Origin: Octopus sinensis
Lineage: Eukaryota
Reading direction: 5' to 3'
NCBI RefSeq assembly: GCF_006345805.1
Contig: NC_043001.1
Span: forward strand, 116,808,001 to 116,872,000
Length of the DNA stretch: 64,000 bases
Below are positions 1 to 12,380 of the stretch, in pieces. The position numbers were made by a program, and so were the translations under genes. Every line of letters starts with the position of its first letter. Position 1 is the stretch's first letter. The notes under the pieces are model-generated. The model ran no database searches, was not told where the DNA came from, and was given only the letters and a program-made list of their open reading frames with translations.

Positions 1-804
1 CATCAGAAAGATCAGAAATTCAACAAAAATTTAAAATATCTCGGTCAAATAAAAGAACGAGGTTCATGGAAAAATGACACTCGAAATGAATGAACGAAAC
101 TCCGCTAAATCTAGAAACTCAACGGAAAATATTCTCTATAGCTTCATTACGATTTTGCTTGAGTGGCAGTGCAATTAGAGTGAAAAAAATTATTGAAATT
201 TAGCCACTACACGTTTTGCCCCATTTTAGACATTTTTTGAAAATTGGAAATTATCAAACATGGGAAATCGATCAGAGAAAAGAATATTGATTGTTAAACA
301 CGCAAAATTATCCAGATATTTTATTAGTAACTTCAATTATAATCGGTTCAAAGTTGAGGAAAAAATTCCTGAAAAAAAAAAAGCACCTGTTCCTTATAAT
401 GGTTCAAAATTCAACAACTCTACTGACAATTTTTATTCCCAAATATGAGGAAACCATACAAAATTATGATGCTGTAATTGCAACGATATGGTTTCAAGCA
501 GGTAGGGAGAAAATAACGAGAAATTAGAAATTACTAATTTTACCCTGGGTACCAATTTTGCACTACACTATTATTAACTTACCTGTTAGTATGCGACTTA
601 CAGGTATAACTGTTGCTGCTGTTCTAAATTACCTTTGCAGATCGAGCGGATAATTTTGGGTGGATTCTCTTATATTTTACTGACAACTTTTGTTTCTGAT
701 AGTTTTCGTCTTGTATTATAACTTATCTAGTAACTTCTGGTTAATGGTATTTATTAACTTCCACGAATGAACATCAGTGTGATGATAACATATACATATA
801 TAAC

Positions 805-808
<4 letters not shown>

Positions 809-858
<50 letters not shown>
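809..858. repeat. (TA)n microsatellite
   Basis: Pure TA run; explains the YIYIYI pseudo-ORF 716..988. Confidence 0.95.
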
Positions 859-862
<4 letters not shown>

Positions 863-988
863 GTATATATATATGCCGTTAGACAATCTGATCAGGTATG
901 AACACCACTTCAAAAATATTTGTATAAAAGTGTTATAAAAATGCCCGGCGACCACGTAGCTTGCACAATGCAAGAAAATGGCACACAC

Positions 989-1029
<41 letters not shown>

Positions 1030-1722
1030 TGTCTGTATGTATATATGTGTATATATTTTTATGTGTGTGTGTGCCAGTTTATATGCGTGTAAGTTAAATG
1101 TTAGGTTGTTGTTTATTTCCAAAGTCGTCCCTGGGCAAGTAGTCTATGAACAAGGTTTTTTGACACTATGACCATCCTATATTTTCTCTCAACTACATTA
1201 TCTAATATTTTTAAATAAGATGTGATTTGAAATTTTGATTCTATTTCTTAACAGTTCAAAGCGATAACAACAGGCTACTTGGCTTTGTTTAGCTTAGTTC
1301 AGGTCTGATTAAAAGCGTTTTAGCCGCGACAATCCCGCCCTTTTGTATAATTAAGGACTACAGAGTTCATTTAACCACTACAATCCCGTCCTTTTCTGTA
1401 GTTGGGGACCAGAGAGTTCAATGTGCTTTTGGCGATCCAGTTCAAGGTAGATTTCCCTGCTACTGTTACTATGTCAAACGACATGTAGAAGCTTCCTGTT
1501 TAGGTGTGTTGACTTGCCGCGAGTTAGAATGAAAATTAAGTTTTCATTCAGAAGCGACCGACATAAACGTATAAATTATGGTTCTACGATTCTGTTAAGT
1601 CGCACTGAAGGACATTAAGGTATTTGAAAGACATGGCGCCAATCATGTTACCCATTTTGATTATTTTTGTCTCTTGAATGATGGCTCTTCTATGTATATC
1701 CGAACAAGCGAATGCCTAGACA

Positions 1723-2112
1723 TCTTTTATATTTCATTTGTTTCTGTCATTAGACTGTGGCCATACTTGAGCACCGCTTTGAAGAATTGGTAATTTTAGT
1801 CGATTGAATCGACTCCAGTATTTATATTTTTTTTAGCCTGGTATTTATTCTATCGATCTCTTTGACGAATCGCTAAGTAACGAGGACGTAAACACACCAG
1901 CACCGATTATCAAGCGGTGGTGGGGGACAGACAGACACATCAATACACACACACACACACACACACGACGGGCTTCTTTCAGTTTCCGATTATCAAATCC
2001 ACCCGTAAGGCTTTTTTTCAACCCAAGGCTGTTGTAGAAGACGCTCATGGTGTCACGCAATGGGACTGAACCCGGGACCATGTGGTTGGGAAACAAACGT
2101 CTACGCCATACA
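1723..2112 (-). mobile_element. tRNA-type SINE, family A (octopus-type), diverged copy
   Basis: Similar to copies at 27415 and 28228: minus-strand head CCACATGGTCCCGGGTTCAGTCCC (B-box-like), internal (TG)n tract and decayed family 3' end. Confidence 0.8.
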
Positions 2113-2146
2113 CACACACACACAAATAAATATATATATATGCGCG

Positions 2147-2188
<42 letters not shown>

Positions 2189-3199
2189 CTGTTTGGCACA
2201 TATTGGCGAAATTTCAAAGTCACTGTATACAAGAATCATTATGTATATTGGTTTCAAATTTTGGCACAAGGTTAGCGAGTTCGGGTGAGACGGGCAAGTC
2301 GATTACATCGACCTTAGTATTCAGCTGGTATTTACTTTATCGACCCCGAAAGGGTGAAAGTGAATCATTATTGTATTTCAACTAGACGTATGTATAATGC
2401 TGTACACATGTTTTTAATCAATATCCATTTTCGTTTTATTTCTAGAAGTACTCAGTATAACTATATATATTAGGTCAGGATTGTTAAATCTGTTTTGCTT
2501 TATTTATACACCTTTGCTAATTATAAATCATCAGGTAGTTTACAACAGGTAACAACTAAACAGGAATATATTTTACAACATTCAATGCAACGTTGTCTTT
2601 TTGTTCGTTCTTAGGACTTGGGCGGGAATTTAGCAAATTACTTACTATTTTTAAACCACCTTTGACACAGTTTGTGTGGTGTGTGTGTGTATATATATAT
2701 ATATATATTAATATCCGATATTTCTGAATGTATTTATTTAATCAAGCGCCAGTCGAGTTAAGAGACTGCGACAGGTTTTAATTCTCATTTATGTCGCTAC
2801 TCTTGGGAAAGGCATAAACGTTAGTGACTTGGTAGACAGACTCTCTGCCGAAACCCGTTGCACGCGTGTATCTAAGAGACTGGTAAGTTACTTGAGATAA
2901 CTGAAGTACTGGGGTCGATTCGATCGACTGAACCCTTCTATATAGTTGCCTACGCATAGCCGCACTTCAATGACTGAAACAAATGAGAGGAGAAAAAAAA
3001 AAGAAGCAAACAATCGACTTGCTTCTGTTTTAAATAGTCGCAAACGTACAAACATTGCGGGCCCCTCTTTAAAAGTTAAGGAATTCTGTACAAGGGGTGG
3101 GGTGGAGGTATGAATGAAAACTTATTTATTTATAGCAAGCCCCAGAAAATAAGTCGTGATCGGATAATTTCGATATAAGTTTTCGATTTCCAAGAATAG

Positions 3200-4430
3200 A
3201 AACCGTGAAACCATTTTGTCAGCTTACCTTGGTAGAAGTGTCTTTGGAAATGCATCACGAAATCCTGTCCATCATTGACACATAAATCGGCTTTGTCTCC
3301 GAATTTATAGCTCTTTCGTATTCTCTCTTGTTTCTTCTCAATAGCTGGAATTTCGAGTTTCAGCGACCAGCAACATTCATCACGCTACAGGGCCTTATCT
3401 CCCAGATCTCTGGAGAAATGCCGGAGTTCTTTATATCTCTCTTGAATTCGTACTTGTATTGCAACCGCTGGTCATCTTGGCATCCCGTGCCCTGGTACTA
3501 GGGAGCACTGCGGTACTGTACACCTTTATCATCGTGTTGCGGGCGTTGTCATGGCAGTTCCAAAGACGCTGTTCGAAAGAGCCAAAAGCCGTTGTTGAAG
3601 ACTGTATTCACCTCTCAGTTTCGCGGTCAGAATAGTTAATACAAGTTACTGCGCTGCCAAGATAGGTAAAATCCTCAGTGTCCTTCAGGGAATCTCCGTG
3701 TACTCTCATTGATCCGGGCTCTCTCGATCTATTAAAACATCTTTGTGGGGACTGGTAGAGCAACTCAGTTTTCGAAGTGTTGATTTTGAGGTCAAACATG
3801 TGTGCTGCACAAGGGAACTGGTCCACAATGTGTTGCGTGTTCTCAATGCTTCTGGACACGAGATCTGAGTCATCTGCATAAAGCAGCTTCCTGACTAACA
3901 TTTCCTTGACTTTTATGGAGGAACGAAGACGGAAGAAGTCGAAGAGCTTCTCGTCTGTCCTGGTGCTGATGGAAATCCCCTTGTGCAGATTAACTCTCAT
4001 GGTGTCAAGCACAGCTGCGAGGAAGAGAGAAAAGAGTGTAGAGAAAAGCAAGCGCTCCTGCTTCATGTGGTGGTTGACTGCAAACGCTTTACTAAATTTT
4101 CTGCCGAGACTAGTCCTTTCATTCTTGTGTAGAACTTCTTGATGATGATAACAAGCTTCTCAGGGCATCCATAAATCTCCAGGACTTCCCAAAGAGCTTC
4201 TCGGTCCGTTGTGTTAAACGCCTTAGGAAAGTCCACAAACACCACAAAAAGCAAGGTTAGCTGATTTCTCCTGTAGCTGTCGTAGTCTGAAGTTCATGTC
4301 CATGGTTGATCTCCCTGGCCTGAAGTCACAATGACTCTCTGGTAAGACCTCTGAGATGTTTTTCAGCTGGTTGAAAATGATTTCCGCTATTTCATTGCCA
4401 GCAATGTATCTGGATATGGCTTTTTAAGCC
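3200..4430 (-). pseudogene. RTE-clade (BovB-like) LINE ORF2 remnant, internally deleted
   Basis: Translations LPESHCDFRPGRSTMDM..RQLQEK, FVDFPKAFNTTDREALW, LLYADD, LKINTSKTE and C-terminal YKYEFKRDIKNSGISPEIWE; several frameshifts. Confidence 0.9.
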
Positions 4431-4478
4431 ACGCATTCTTCGACATCGGATTAAGAAATGAAACGATAGTGAGACATC

Positions 4479-5976
4479 GGATCTAGTTCGTTTCATTCAC
4501 AAAATCTGCATTTTTTAGAAGGGAGTAAAAAATCTGAAAATTGTTTATATTGATGCAGTTTTCCATGCTTATTCCTGTGAATACATGAACTTGTGGAGAA
4601 AAAAATTGACGACAAAGTTGCAGACGTTTAAAAATCGAAAAGTAAACTGTATTTTTAGCCAGTAGTGATACAAAGTTTCTGCGTTGTATCGTTGCCAACT
4701 TTGAGGTTGTACCCTGTGAAATTTATAGTTTAACGTCTGTGAAACAGTTGAAACTCTGGCTATGTCCCTCATGTGTCGCACTGATTCTGTCCCAGAATTA
4801 CATTAAGGCCACATACATCTCAGCTAAATTACACTATGATTAGATCCTGGACTTGTAAGTAAAAGGCCTAGCCATGTCACCCTGGGTTGTACTGATTCTG
4901 CTTATGGATTATGTTGTGGGTGCATGTATGCTGTGGTAAACTTAGCCAGTTACATGTTAATATAATGGGTAACTATAAAACAACAAGCTATAGAATCATT
5001 AGCACACTGGGCAAAATGCTTTACATTCTAAGTTCAAATTCCACTTATGTTGACTTTGCCTTTCATCCTTTGAGGGTTAATAAACTAAGTACCAGTTGAA
5101 GGTGTAACCAGTTCAGTAGATCACACAACTGGAATGAACATCCTGGGAACAGATCATCTATTTCCTTTAGTTTTTGTTTACTGACACACATCAGCAAATG
5201 AACCAATAAGGTAATCTCTGTGGTTGTTCAATTTGCTAGAAATAACAGCCAAATCTCTCCTACACTATACTCTAACATTTAGAAAATGAAGGATATAATA
5301 AATAATGCTGTCCTACATCTTCAATAAAAATACAGAATGGCTCATTCTGGCCAGACCTAGGTTTAAACTGACAGACATTCGTTGCAACCACTGCGAGTGT
5401 ACCGCCTGTACAAATTCCCACGAATCACTTTCTCACTCGTGTTGTGCCTAGATTTACTGTACTTCTTTTTTTTAAAGGATAATACCCTTTTCTTGCAGAC
5501 AATTTACTGCATCCACCTTTGTTTTCAAAACCTTCAGAGTGATACAATTGAACGGCTTGAATGTGGATGCGGCGATTCGAAGCAACAGTAAAAACAGAAA
5601 AACATAGAAAAACTTCACGAAATATAGGTAAAATATATAAGAAAAATATATAAAATATTAAGGCAATAGATGAGAAATATCAACAATAAATATCGTGGTG
5701 TGTAGAATCAATACAACATAACGTGCAGGTGAAGTGAAACACAACACAACGTGCGGTTGTCATGGCAACAAGCTGTTAACGGCTCGCTGTCTGTTGATTG
5801 GCTAAAATTACCTAAATTTTCCAACTTTGATTCCAAATAACAGATTCTTTAATTTACGAGATACAGCAATTAGCTGAGCGGGATCAAAATTCAGAACTGC
5901 ATCGATACACCAAAATTGAAAATAATCTGAGCAAAATTAAAGGAGGCTGGTTTTGTGAATGAAACAAAATAGATCC
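4479..5976 (-). mobile_element. Merlin-like DNA transposon with decayed transposase N-terminus
   Basis: Imperfect TIRs GGATCTAGTTCGTTTCATTCACAAAA / TTTTGTGAATGAAACAAAATAGATCC; exact 8-bp TSD GAGACATC (4471-4478, 5977-5984); minus strand ~5385-5590 reads FNCITLKVLKTKVDAVNCLQEKGII then a decayed Zn-finger-like stretch; SINE fragments inside. Confidence 0.75.
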
Positions 5977-8154
5977 GAGACATCTGCATGTCGTTGGATT
6001 TAAGTAACAAACGCTTGTACAACACTTTTGTCACTCTCTCGGTGGCCATTGTTAATTACACGCACACACAAAGCCAAACACAAAGACTGTGTGTAACAAT
6101 AGATTTATTCGAGTCCATAAACAAAGTGTCTATTATAAGTCTGGTGTATGTTCCAGTCTAGTAATGGAATTTAGCAGTAAACATTTTCATCCACGTAAAA
6201 CCGTTGTCACGTAAGGTTCTTCGCTTCATAGAAAGTCTCATTTCATTCTTTGACAAACATTGAACAATTGGCTAGGTTGAAATACTTCAGATCAATCATA
6301 TGAACATCGGATCACGTCACATGACAGCAAATATGCAAAGTATATATCGCTACTGTATGGATGTTATGTTTGTATTAAAAGGGAGAGAGGGGACGAGGAA
6401 TTGAGCTTCCCCTCCCCCACCATTTTTGTGAGAATAACCTCGTTAGACAGGTAATAATAAACGTGTTTACAAAACTCCTTAAGGTCTATATAAGGAGTGT
6501 ATCTAGCTTCAGTTTCATTGTATTAAGCGAATGAAAGATTAATCTTTCAATTGGATAGTTGATCAAACTTGTCCAATAAACATTCCAAGATAATTTGGCA
6601 CTTATTCTTTACAGGTATATAGAGTAAAACAGTATAAAATAAAGTATCCTGACAGAAAATATAGTGAAATACCTGTAGCAGATTTGAACTCGCATCGTAT
6701 GGGCAAGTAATCAAAAACGTTTTTCACTCGACTGTTTTAACCTTTATTCAGTGAGTGAAATGGCTTAAACTTGGTACGTGAAGCTGCTAACGTTTCGCGG
6801 ATCTTGTTCGTACAGAGCCTATTACTTGCCATATGCCCGCTAATATTAATTTTAAGCACAAAGCCATACATTTGGGGAAGGGTGTTATGGATTATATCGA
6901 TTCTTCTGAATTTAACTGGTACTTATCTTATCCAACGTGCAAAGATGAAAGGCGAGGTAACCCTGGTGAGATTTGAACTCAGAATGTAAAGTTGATTTCA
7001 CATTCAGGGACAATGACATATACTGCTGGGTAAAAGATAGTTCAGATGACTCTAATGTATTACTGACCTTAACTTATTGTGTTCATTTAATACACACACT
7101 ACAGAATATATCTATAGATTTTTAGCCAACAGTGCGTGTAATTGACAAATGTTAACAGTTTTTTGTATACAATATCTGTGTGGACAGAAAAAGAGAGACC
7201 GCTGGACTAGTTTCAATTCTGTGTTGGGATTTCATTAGAAACTACCTTTTCTGTCCATACAGTGTGTACAGATATTAGGTGTCTATACCTGTCAATCCCG
7301 TGTAGTATTGGCTCTTTATATATATTCTGTATAGCATTGAAACAAATCACTGCTAACACACTAGTGGTGTTTATTTTCCCTGGGCACGACTTTAAACTTC
7401 ATTCGGTAGTGCGGACTTGGTTTGGGAGTTCCAGAGTTTTGAAGAGTGTGGGATAACCTTTTAGTCACTATTGTTCCCAAGTCAGCTCTGATCCGGATGG
7501 GTAGCACATGTCAAGCTCTCAGCTATGGGCTAATTAGCATATCACGGAATTGCCTCCGGAAGAAGATTACTGATAGACACAGCAACGGACCCAAGGCAGA
7601 TGAGGTCCATCGGCTCTTTAGCTGCTCATCTAAAAGAAATTAACTCCATACAATACCTGCACCCTAATAACTACTAGGCTTGTGACATTTGTTGTCCCAG
7701 GCCAATACAGGTTTGAAGGACGAAAGAGAGGGACTTGCTCAGCATAACCATACTCACTATTCGGCGTGCAGGTTGTTCAACAAACCAAGACACCAGCACC
7801 TACACCGTCATACTTTCTTCATAAGTCCAGTGGCGAAAGGGAAAGAGGCGGTGGAGACAGACAGAGGATGCTACTGGAAGTCTTCAGCTTCGACCCTGTA
7901 CACAGGCAGCTATACGATGGTGGAGCGCTGCAGCTTTGTCTTGCTGCCCCTCATTCATCGAAACAAGTGAGTTCACCACACCTATATTAGCTACTAAGAA
8001 TGGGTTATAACATGCCAATCGGTTTATCCAGTTTACTTCAACCCTTAGCTATCATGGGTTTATTAACGTCAGTAATTTATTTTATCCAATCTGAAGTTAA
8101 ACTAGTAAGATTTACTATGTTGTGTAGTGTTTTACGTTGATCCTATTTTAGATG

Positions 8155-8540
8155 AAGGCGGCGAGCTGGCAGAAATGTTAGCACGCCGGGAGAAATGCGT
8201 AGCCGTATATCGTCTGCCGCTACTTTCTGAGTTCAAATTCCGCCGAGATCGACTTTGCCTTTCATCCTTTCGGGTTCGATTAAATAAGTACCAGTTACGC
8301 ACTGGGGTCGATGTAATCGACTTAATACCTATGTCTGTCCTTGTTTGTCCCCTCTATGTTTAGCCCCCTGTGGATATTCGTCTGTCTTTACGTTCTGAGT
8401 TCAAATTTCGCCGTGTTCCACTTTGCCTTTCATCCTTTCGGGGTCGATAAATTATGTACCAGTTGCGTACTGGAGTCGATCTAATCGATTGCCCCCCCCC
8501 CCCCACCAATTTCGGGCGTTATGCCTAGAGCAGAAAAGCT
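8155..8540 (+). mobile_element. tRNA-type SINE, family B, one full plus one partial copy in tandem
   Basis: GGCGGCGAGCTGGCAGAAATGTTAGC head, GAGTTCAAATTCC B-box, core GCCTTTCATCCTTTCGGG..GATAAAT..GTACCAG; closely similar to copies at 26708 and 57625. Confidence 0.85.
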
Positions 8541-8689
8541 TCTATTTTAAGTGTTTTAACGTCTATAAGTTGTCGGTCAACTAGCTGAAGAATTGAACTT
8601 TCGTATCCTCTCATCGCTACTGCTTTGTATTAGTTGCCATAATACTTCTCTCTCTCTCCTTCCCTCTCTCTGTCTTTTTTTAGCAATAA

Positions 8690-9070
8690 TTATTTGTAAT
8701 ATAGGCATATGGCCAGGAATTTGGTGCTTTCGAGTTGGGGTTGCACAATAAAACCGACTTCAATATTTGAGTAATCCTGTATTTCATCAACCCCAAATAG
8801 ATGAAAGGCAAAGTTAAATTTGGCGGAATTTGAACTCAGGATGTAAGAAGTTGTAACAAATGCTGCAAGGCATTTTGTCTGATGTTCGAAGAGTTTGTTA
8901 ATCTATCACCCATATAAGAATGATTTCAAACTTTGGCACAAGGCCAGCGATTTTAAGAGAGCTGTTAAGTTGATTACTTCGACTCCAGTACTAATTTTAT
9001 CGAGCCCAAAAGGATGAAAGCAAAATCGACATCGGCAAAATTTGAACCTAGAACATAAAGCGCCTAAAAG
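8690..9070 (-). mobile_element. SINE family B, two diverged copies
   Basis: Reverse complement of the family-B core (GATGAAAGGCAAAGT..GGCGGAATTTGAACTCAG, and a diverged version) occurs twice. Confidence 0.65.
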
Positions 9071-10411
9071 AAATGTTGCTGTAGGAGCACTACTCCCCTT
9101 TGGCGGAACTGTTATTCATCTATGAGTGATTTGGTTAGTGTAGCCAACCGCTTTACCTCGCGCAAAGATACACAAAGTCGCGGGAAAATTTTAGTCAGAT
9201 GTGGTGTCATGTCGCTGTCGGAGCTCAACTCCACCACGCGGACAACATCTAATGGAGAAATACTCTAGAACTAAATAACTGTTCATGGACTGTTCGAACA
9301 TTTGTCATAACTACCGATGTATACCCCCGCCGACTTAGTTGTCTCATAACTTCCAGAAAAATGGATACTTTTTAACGAAACTTTCAACAAATAATCGCTT
9401 AGATCCTGTAGATTGAGTGTATGTAAAAATTTATTGGGAAAAAGAATTTTCCGATGGGTTAGAGAAGTTTCGGAAAATTCACACTACCCGACATTTTCCC
9501 CCTCATAACTTTCAGGAAAATGAGTATTTTTTAATGAAATTTTATGCAAGTACGTTTCAAACGGTGTAGATTACGATTACAAAGAAATTTGATTTAACTT
9601 TTGGAAAGCTTTGAATTATCTGTGGGATGTTGTGAGGTTCATACTTTTCTTAAGCGCATTAGTAGTAAATGTAAAGTGAAATGGTAACAAGTAGAAATCA
9701 GAACGAGATTGCAGTTTCGGTTTTCTTTCGTTCTAAAAACTATAAACTAGCAATATGCGTTATCTTTTATATGCTGTGATTGTTAACAAGCTAGACAAAA
9801 GAAAAAAAAAAGTAATGATTAATAATACAAGCATAGTAGAGTGTAGGTCAGTAGATCAAACTCAGGTCTTGACCGATACTCATTTTTTATCGACCTCAAC
9901 AAGATGAAAGTCAAAATGATCTTCGGTGAGATTTGAACTAAGAACCTAATGAGACTGAATACAATATTTCATTGTCCAATACTTAGCCCTAAATTATAAT
10001 ATTGGACAAAATGCATCGCGGTATTTGTTTCAGCTGGTTACCGTCTGAGTTCAAATCCTGCCGATGTCAAACTGCCCTCCATCCCTCTAAGGTCGATAAA
10101 TACAGTACATGTCAAATACTAGGTTTCTTTTTCTTCTCTCAGAATCGGTTGCGTTGTGAGGAGGTTGTGAACTGATCATTCATAGTGCCATCTTCAGAGA
10201 AATGTAGGAGGGTTCAACTAGGGGCTAGCAAAATAATCTCATCTAGCATGCTACAAAAACCACCCAAAAGAAACCCATAAACCGTAGCGGACGTTGACAG
10301 ACCAATATGCTATATGGCTCGGAGTGGTTGTATGTATGTATGTGTGTATGTATGCGTATATCTACGTGTTTCCAAAGATCATGATCGTGAAACTCTGAGT
10401 AACGTTTAGGT

Positions 10412-10768
10412 CAGGGTTTCTCAACCACTTTTTATCTTTGGACTCCTTTGATTATTATTTTATTCCAGTGGATCCCCAACGTAATTTGATGTTTTAAAAC
10501 TAACTAGCTTTACAGAAACTTCTTTAAAAATCCCTATTTTGTTTTTCACACATTATCTTGTATAAGTTGAACTATATAAAATGTTAGAGAAAGTAGCCTA
10601 ACTGTGTCTTGCAATACATACCAATACATACAGCTAAAGCAACATTTTTTAAAAGGGCTCCTTAAAATACTATTGTGGATTCCCAGTTTACTATTTTGAT
10701 CCCGTGAACCCTACCAAAATCTTATATCGACCACCAGAGGTCATACGGACCCTGGTTGAGAACCACTC
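10412..10768. mobile_element. hAT (Charlie-like) MITE
   Basis: Termini CAGGGTTTCTCAACC / GGTTGAGAACCACTC; flanks GTTTAGGT and CTTTAGGC match at 6 of 8 positions, as expected for a decayed 8-bp TSD. Confidence 0.75.
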
Positions 10769-11465
10769 CTTTAGGCAGTAAATTTTCAGTTTGCAATGAA
10801 TAGGATAAAACCCTTCTATATTAAGCATTCTTTTTCTTTCTTTCTTAATGGCGCGGATTTTTTGTGAGTCATCCATACTCACACGCGCACACGCACACTA
10901 TCATCACCATAAAAAAAAAATAGTCTCATTTCTCGTAAACACTTTCCACTTGCATACCAATCCTTTAAATATCATTTTGTTTCTTTTCAATCTAATGTTT
11001 CAGTGGACGACATTTTTTCTAGGCTTATTCATGACACACACACACACATAGATACATAGATAGATGTCTCGTGTGTGCGTAAAATCAAGGTTAATTCCTG
11101 CTTAATTCAACATATCGTGTCTTGGTTGATTACGAAAAAGTCAGTGAAGGTTCGGTGCAGTTTTAATTTTGTAAACAACAAAATTATATCAACTTGTTTG
11201 TTATCGTTGCAGGATTTAAGTTGCGAAGGGGTTAAGACAGGGAACAAAAGGAAGCTGTTAGTATTGTTGTTGTTGTTGTCTAGCCTCAGGTCAGCCATAA
11301 TTGAACATACGTACGATGAAAGGCATTCCCTTCTTTTTTTATTTATTATTTTTTTTCAGAGATAATGCTTTATTTCTCATAGAGGGTTGTATAGTCAACT
11401 CCATATCCCATCAAGGGTTGGGGCAGTGAGAATTCAAAAAGGGACTTAGAAATTGTCATATTTAA

Positions 11466-12380
11466 CCTTTTGTCTATCCAAAGCATTTTAGTTTGTCCTA
11501 AAAGTCCATGTTTGCTTTCAGACTTTTATTTAGCTCTTATTTTATTGGGTCAGCCTATAGATAATGTGGTTTTTTAAATACTTCTTTTATTTTCTAAGAT
11601 AAAGTTCTTTTTTAATCTAAAATATACCCTCCTTCGTTTTCTACAATGCTCTTCCATCTTTGTTGTATACATGCAAGGCCCCTCTTCCAAAATTCACTTG
11701 TCCGTGACCGAAAATACACCTTCAGTACTGTTCTGACCTCATCTAAAGAATTCATATTTTTTCCGTCCAAATGATTTTGAAGACGGTGGAATAAATGATC
11801 AGATGGGGTAACGTCTGGCGAATATGGTGAGTGGGGCATTGTTTTCCATTCGAACTGCTCTAGCCTTTGGAATGTCATCCGTGCTGTATGTGGCTGAGTA
11901 TTATCCTGATGGAAGAACGCCTTTCATTTTGAAACCAAATAATTGTCTGATCCCTATATACTGCATTAATATTCCTCACACTTTCCGTTGTGTTGTTGCT
12001 TTTATTGAACTTAAAAAGCAAAATATGCTGAACATGCTCCTTTGTCACTTCCATTATAGTTTTAGAAAAATAACAGTTAAATCGAACTGCACTCTTCAAA
12101 ACTTGTACTTAGAGTAAGAACAAGGTAAAATTACTACCTGCTTTTTATAGAAAATTGATGCAGGTAGTTTATCCCCCTCCGACTTTTAGTTCATGCAGTT
12201 GAAAAAAAACTGCATTATTTATGAGATGACCCTATATATGTTATGCGTAATGAAGAGCTTTCCTAGGTCCCAAGTCGCTCTGGTGGTTGAAAAATAATTG
12301 GGAATGTGTACCATAGATAATGCATGGACACCAACGAAATATGTCTTGTGTATTACGTGATACATGGGACAGGCAAAGGG
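11466..12380. mobile_element. Possible piggyBac-like MITE interrupted by a mariner
   Basis: TTAA at 11462-11465 and 12381-12384; ends match 15/18 as inverted repeats including the TTAA; ~223 bp after removing the mariner. The right part overlaps another repeat, so the nesting is not clean. Confidence 0.4.
11545..12234 (-). mobile_element. Internally deleted mariner (Mos1/SETMAR-like) element
   Basis: Imperfect ~30-bp TIRs with TA on both sides; transposase start MEVTKEHVQHILLFKFNK joined to C-terminus PHSPYSPDVTPSDHLFHRLQNHL...RWKSIVENEGGYILD. Confidence 0.9.

Noticed and set aside
1-527. Possible transposase fragment (TIWFQAG resembling mariner WFQQDG)
   Set aside because: Only a 3-4 residue match, no other motifs or TIR; not supportable.
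640-900. Acceptor-like ctttgcag followed by short open frames
   Set aside because: All frames close quickly and none resembles a known protein.
1633-1719. Signal-peptide-like string MAPIMLPILIIFVS*MMALLC
   Set aside because: Internal stop, no splice context; hydrophobic strings are expected in T-rich DNA.
716-2385. ORF-track proteins rich in YI, CV, HT, RE or SL repeats (and similar ones throughout the window)
   Set aside because: Translations of dinucleotide microsatellites.
2824-2858. Stem followed by GAAAC, hammerhead-like
   Set aside because: Upstream core is GTGACTT rather than CTGANGA, and stem I does not form.
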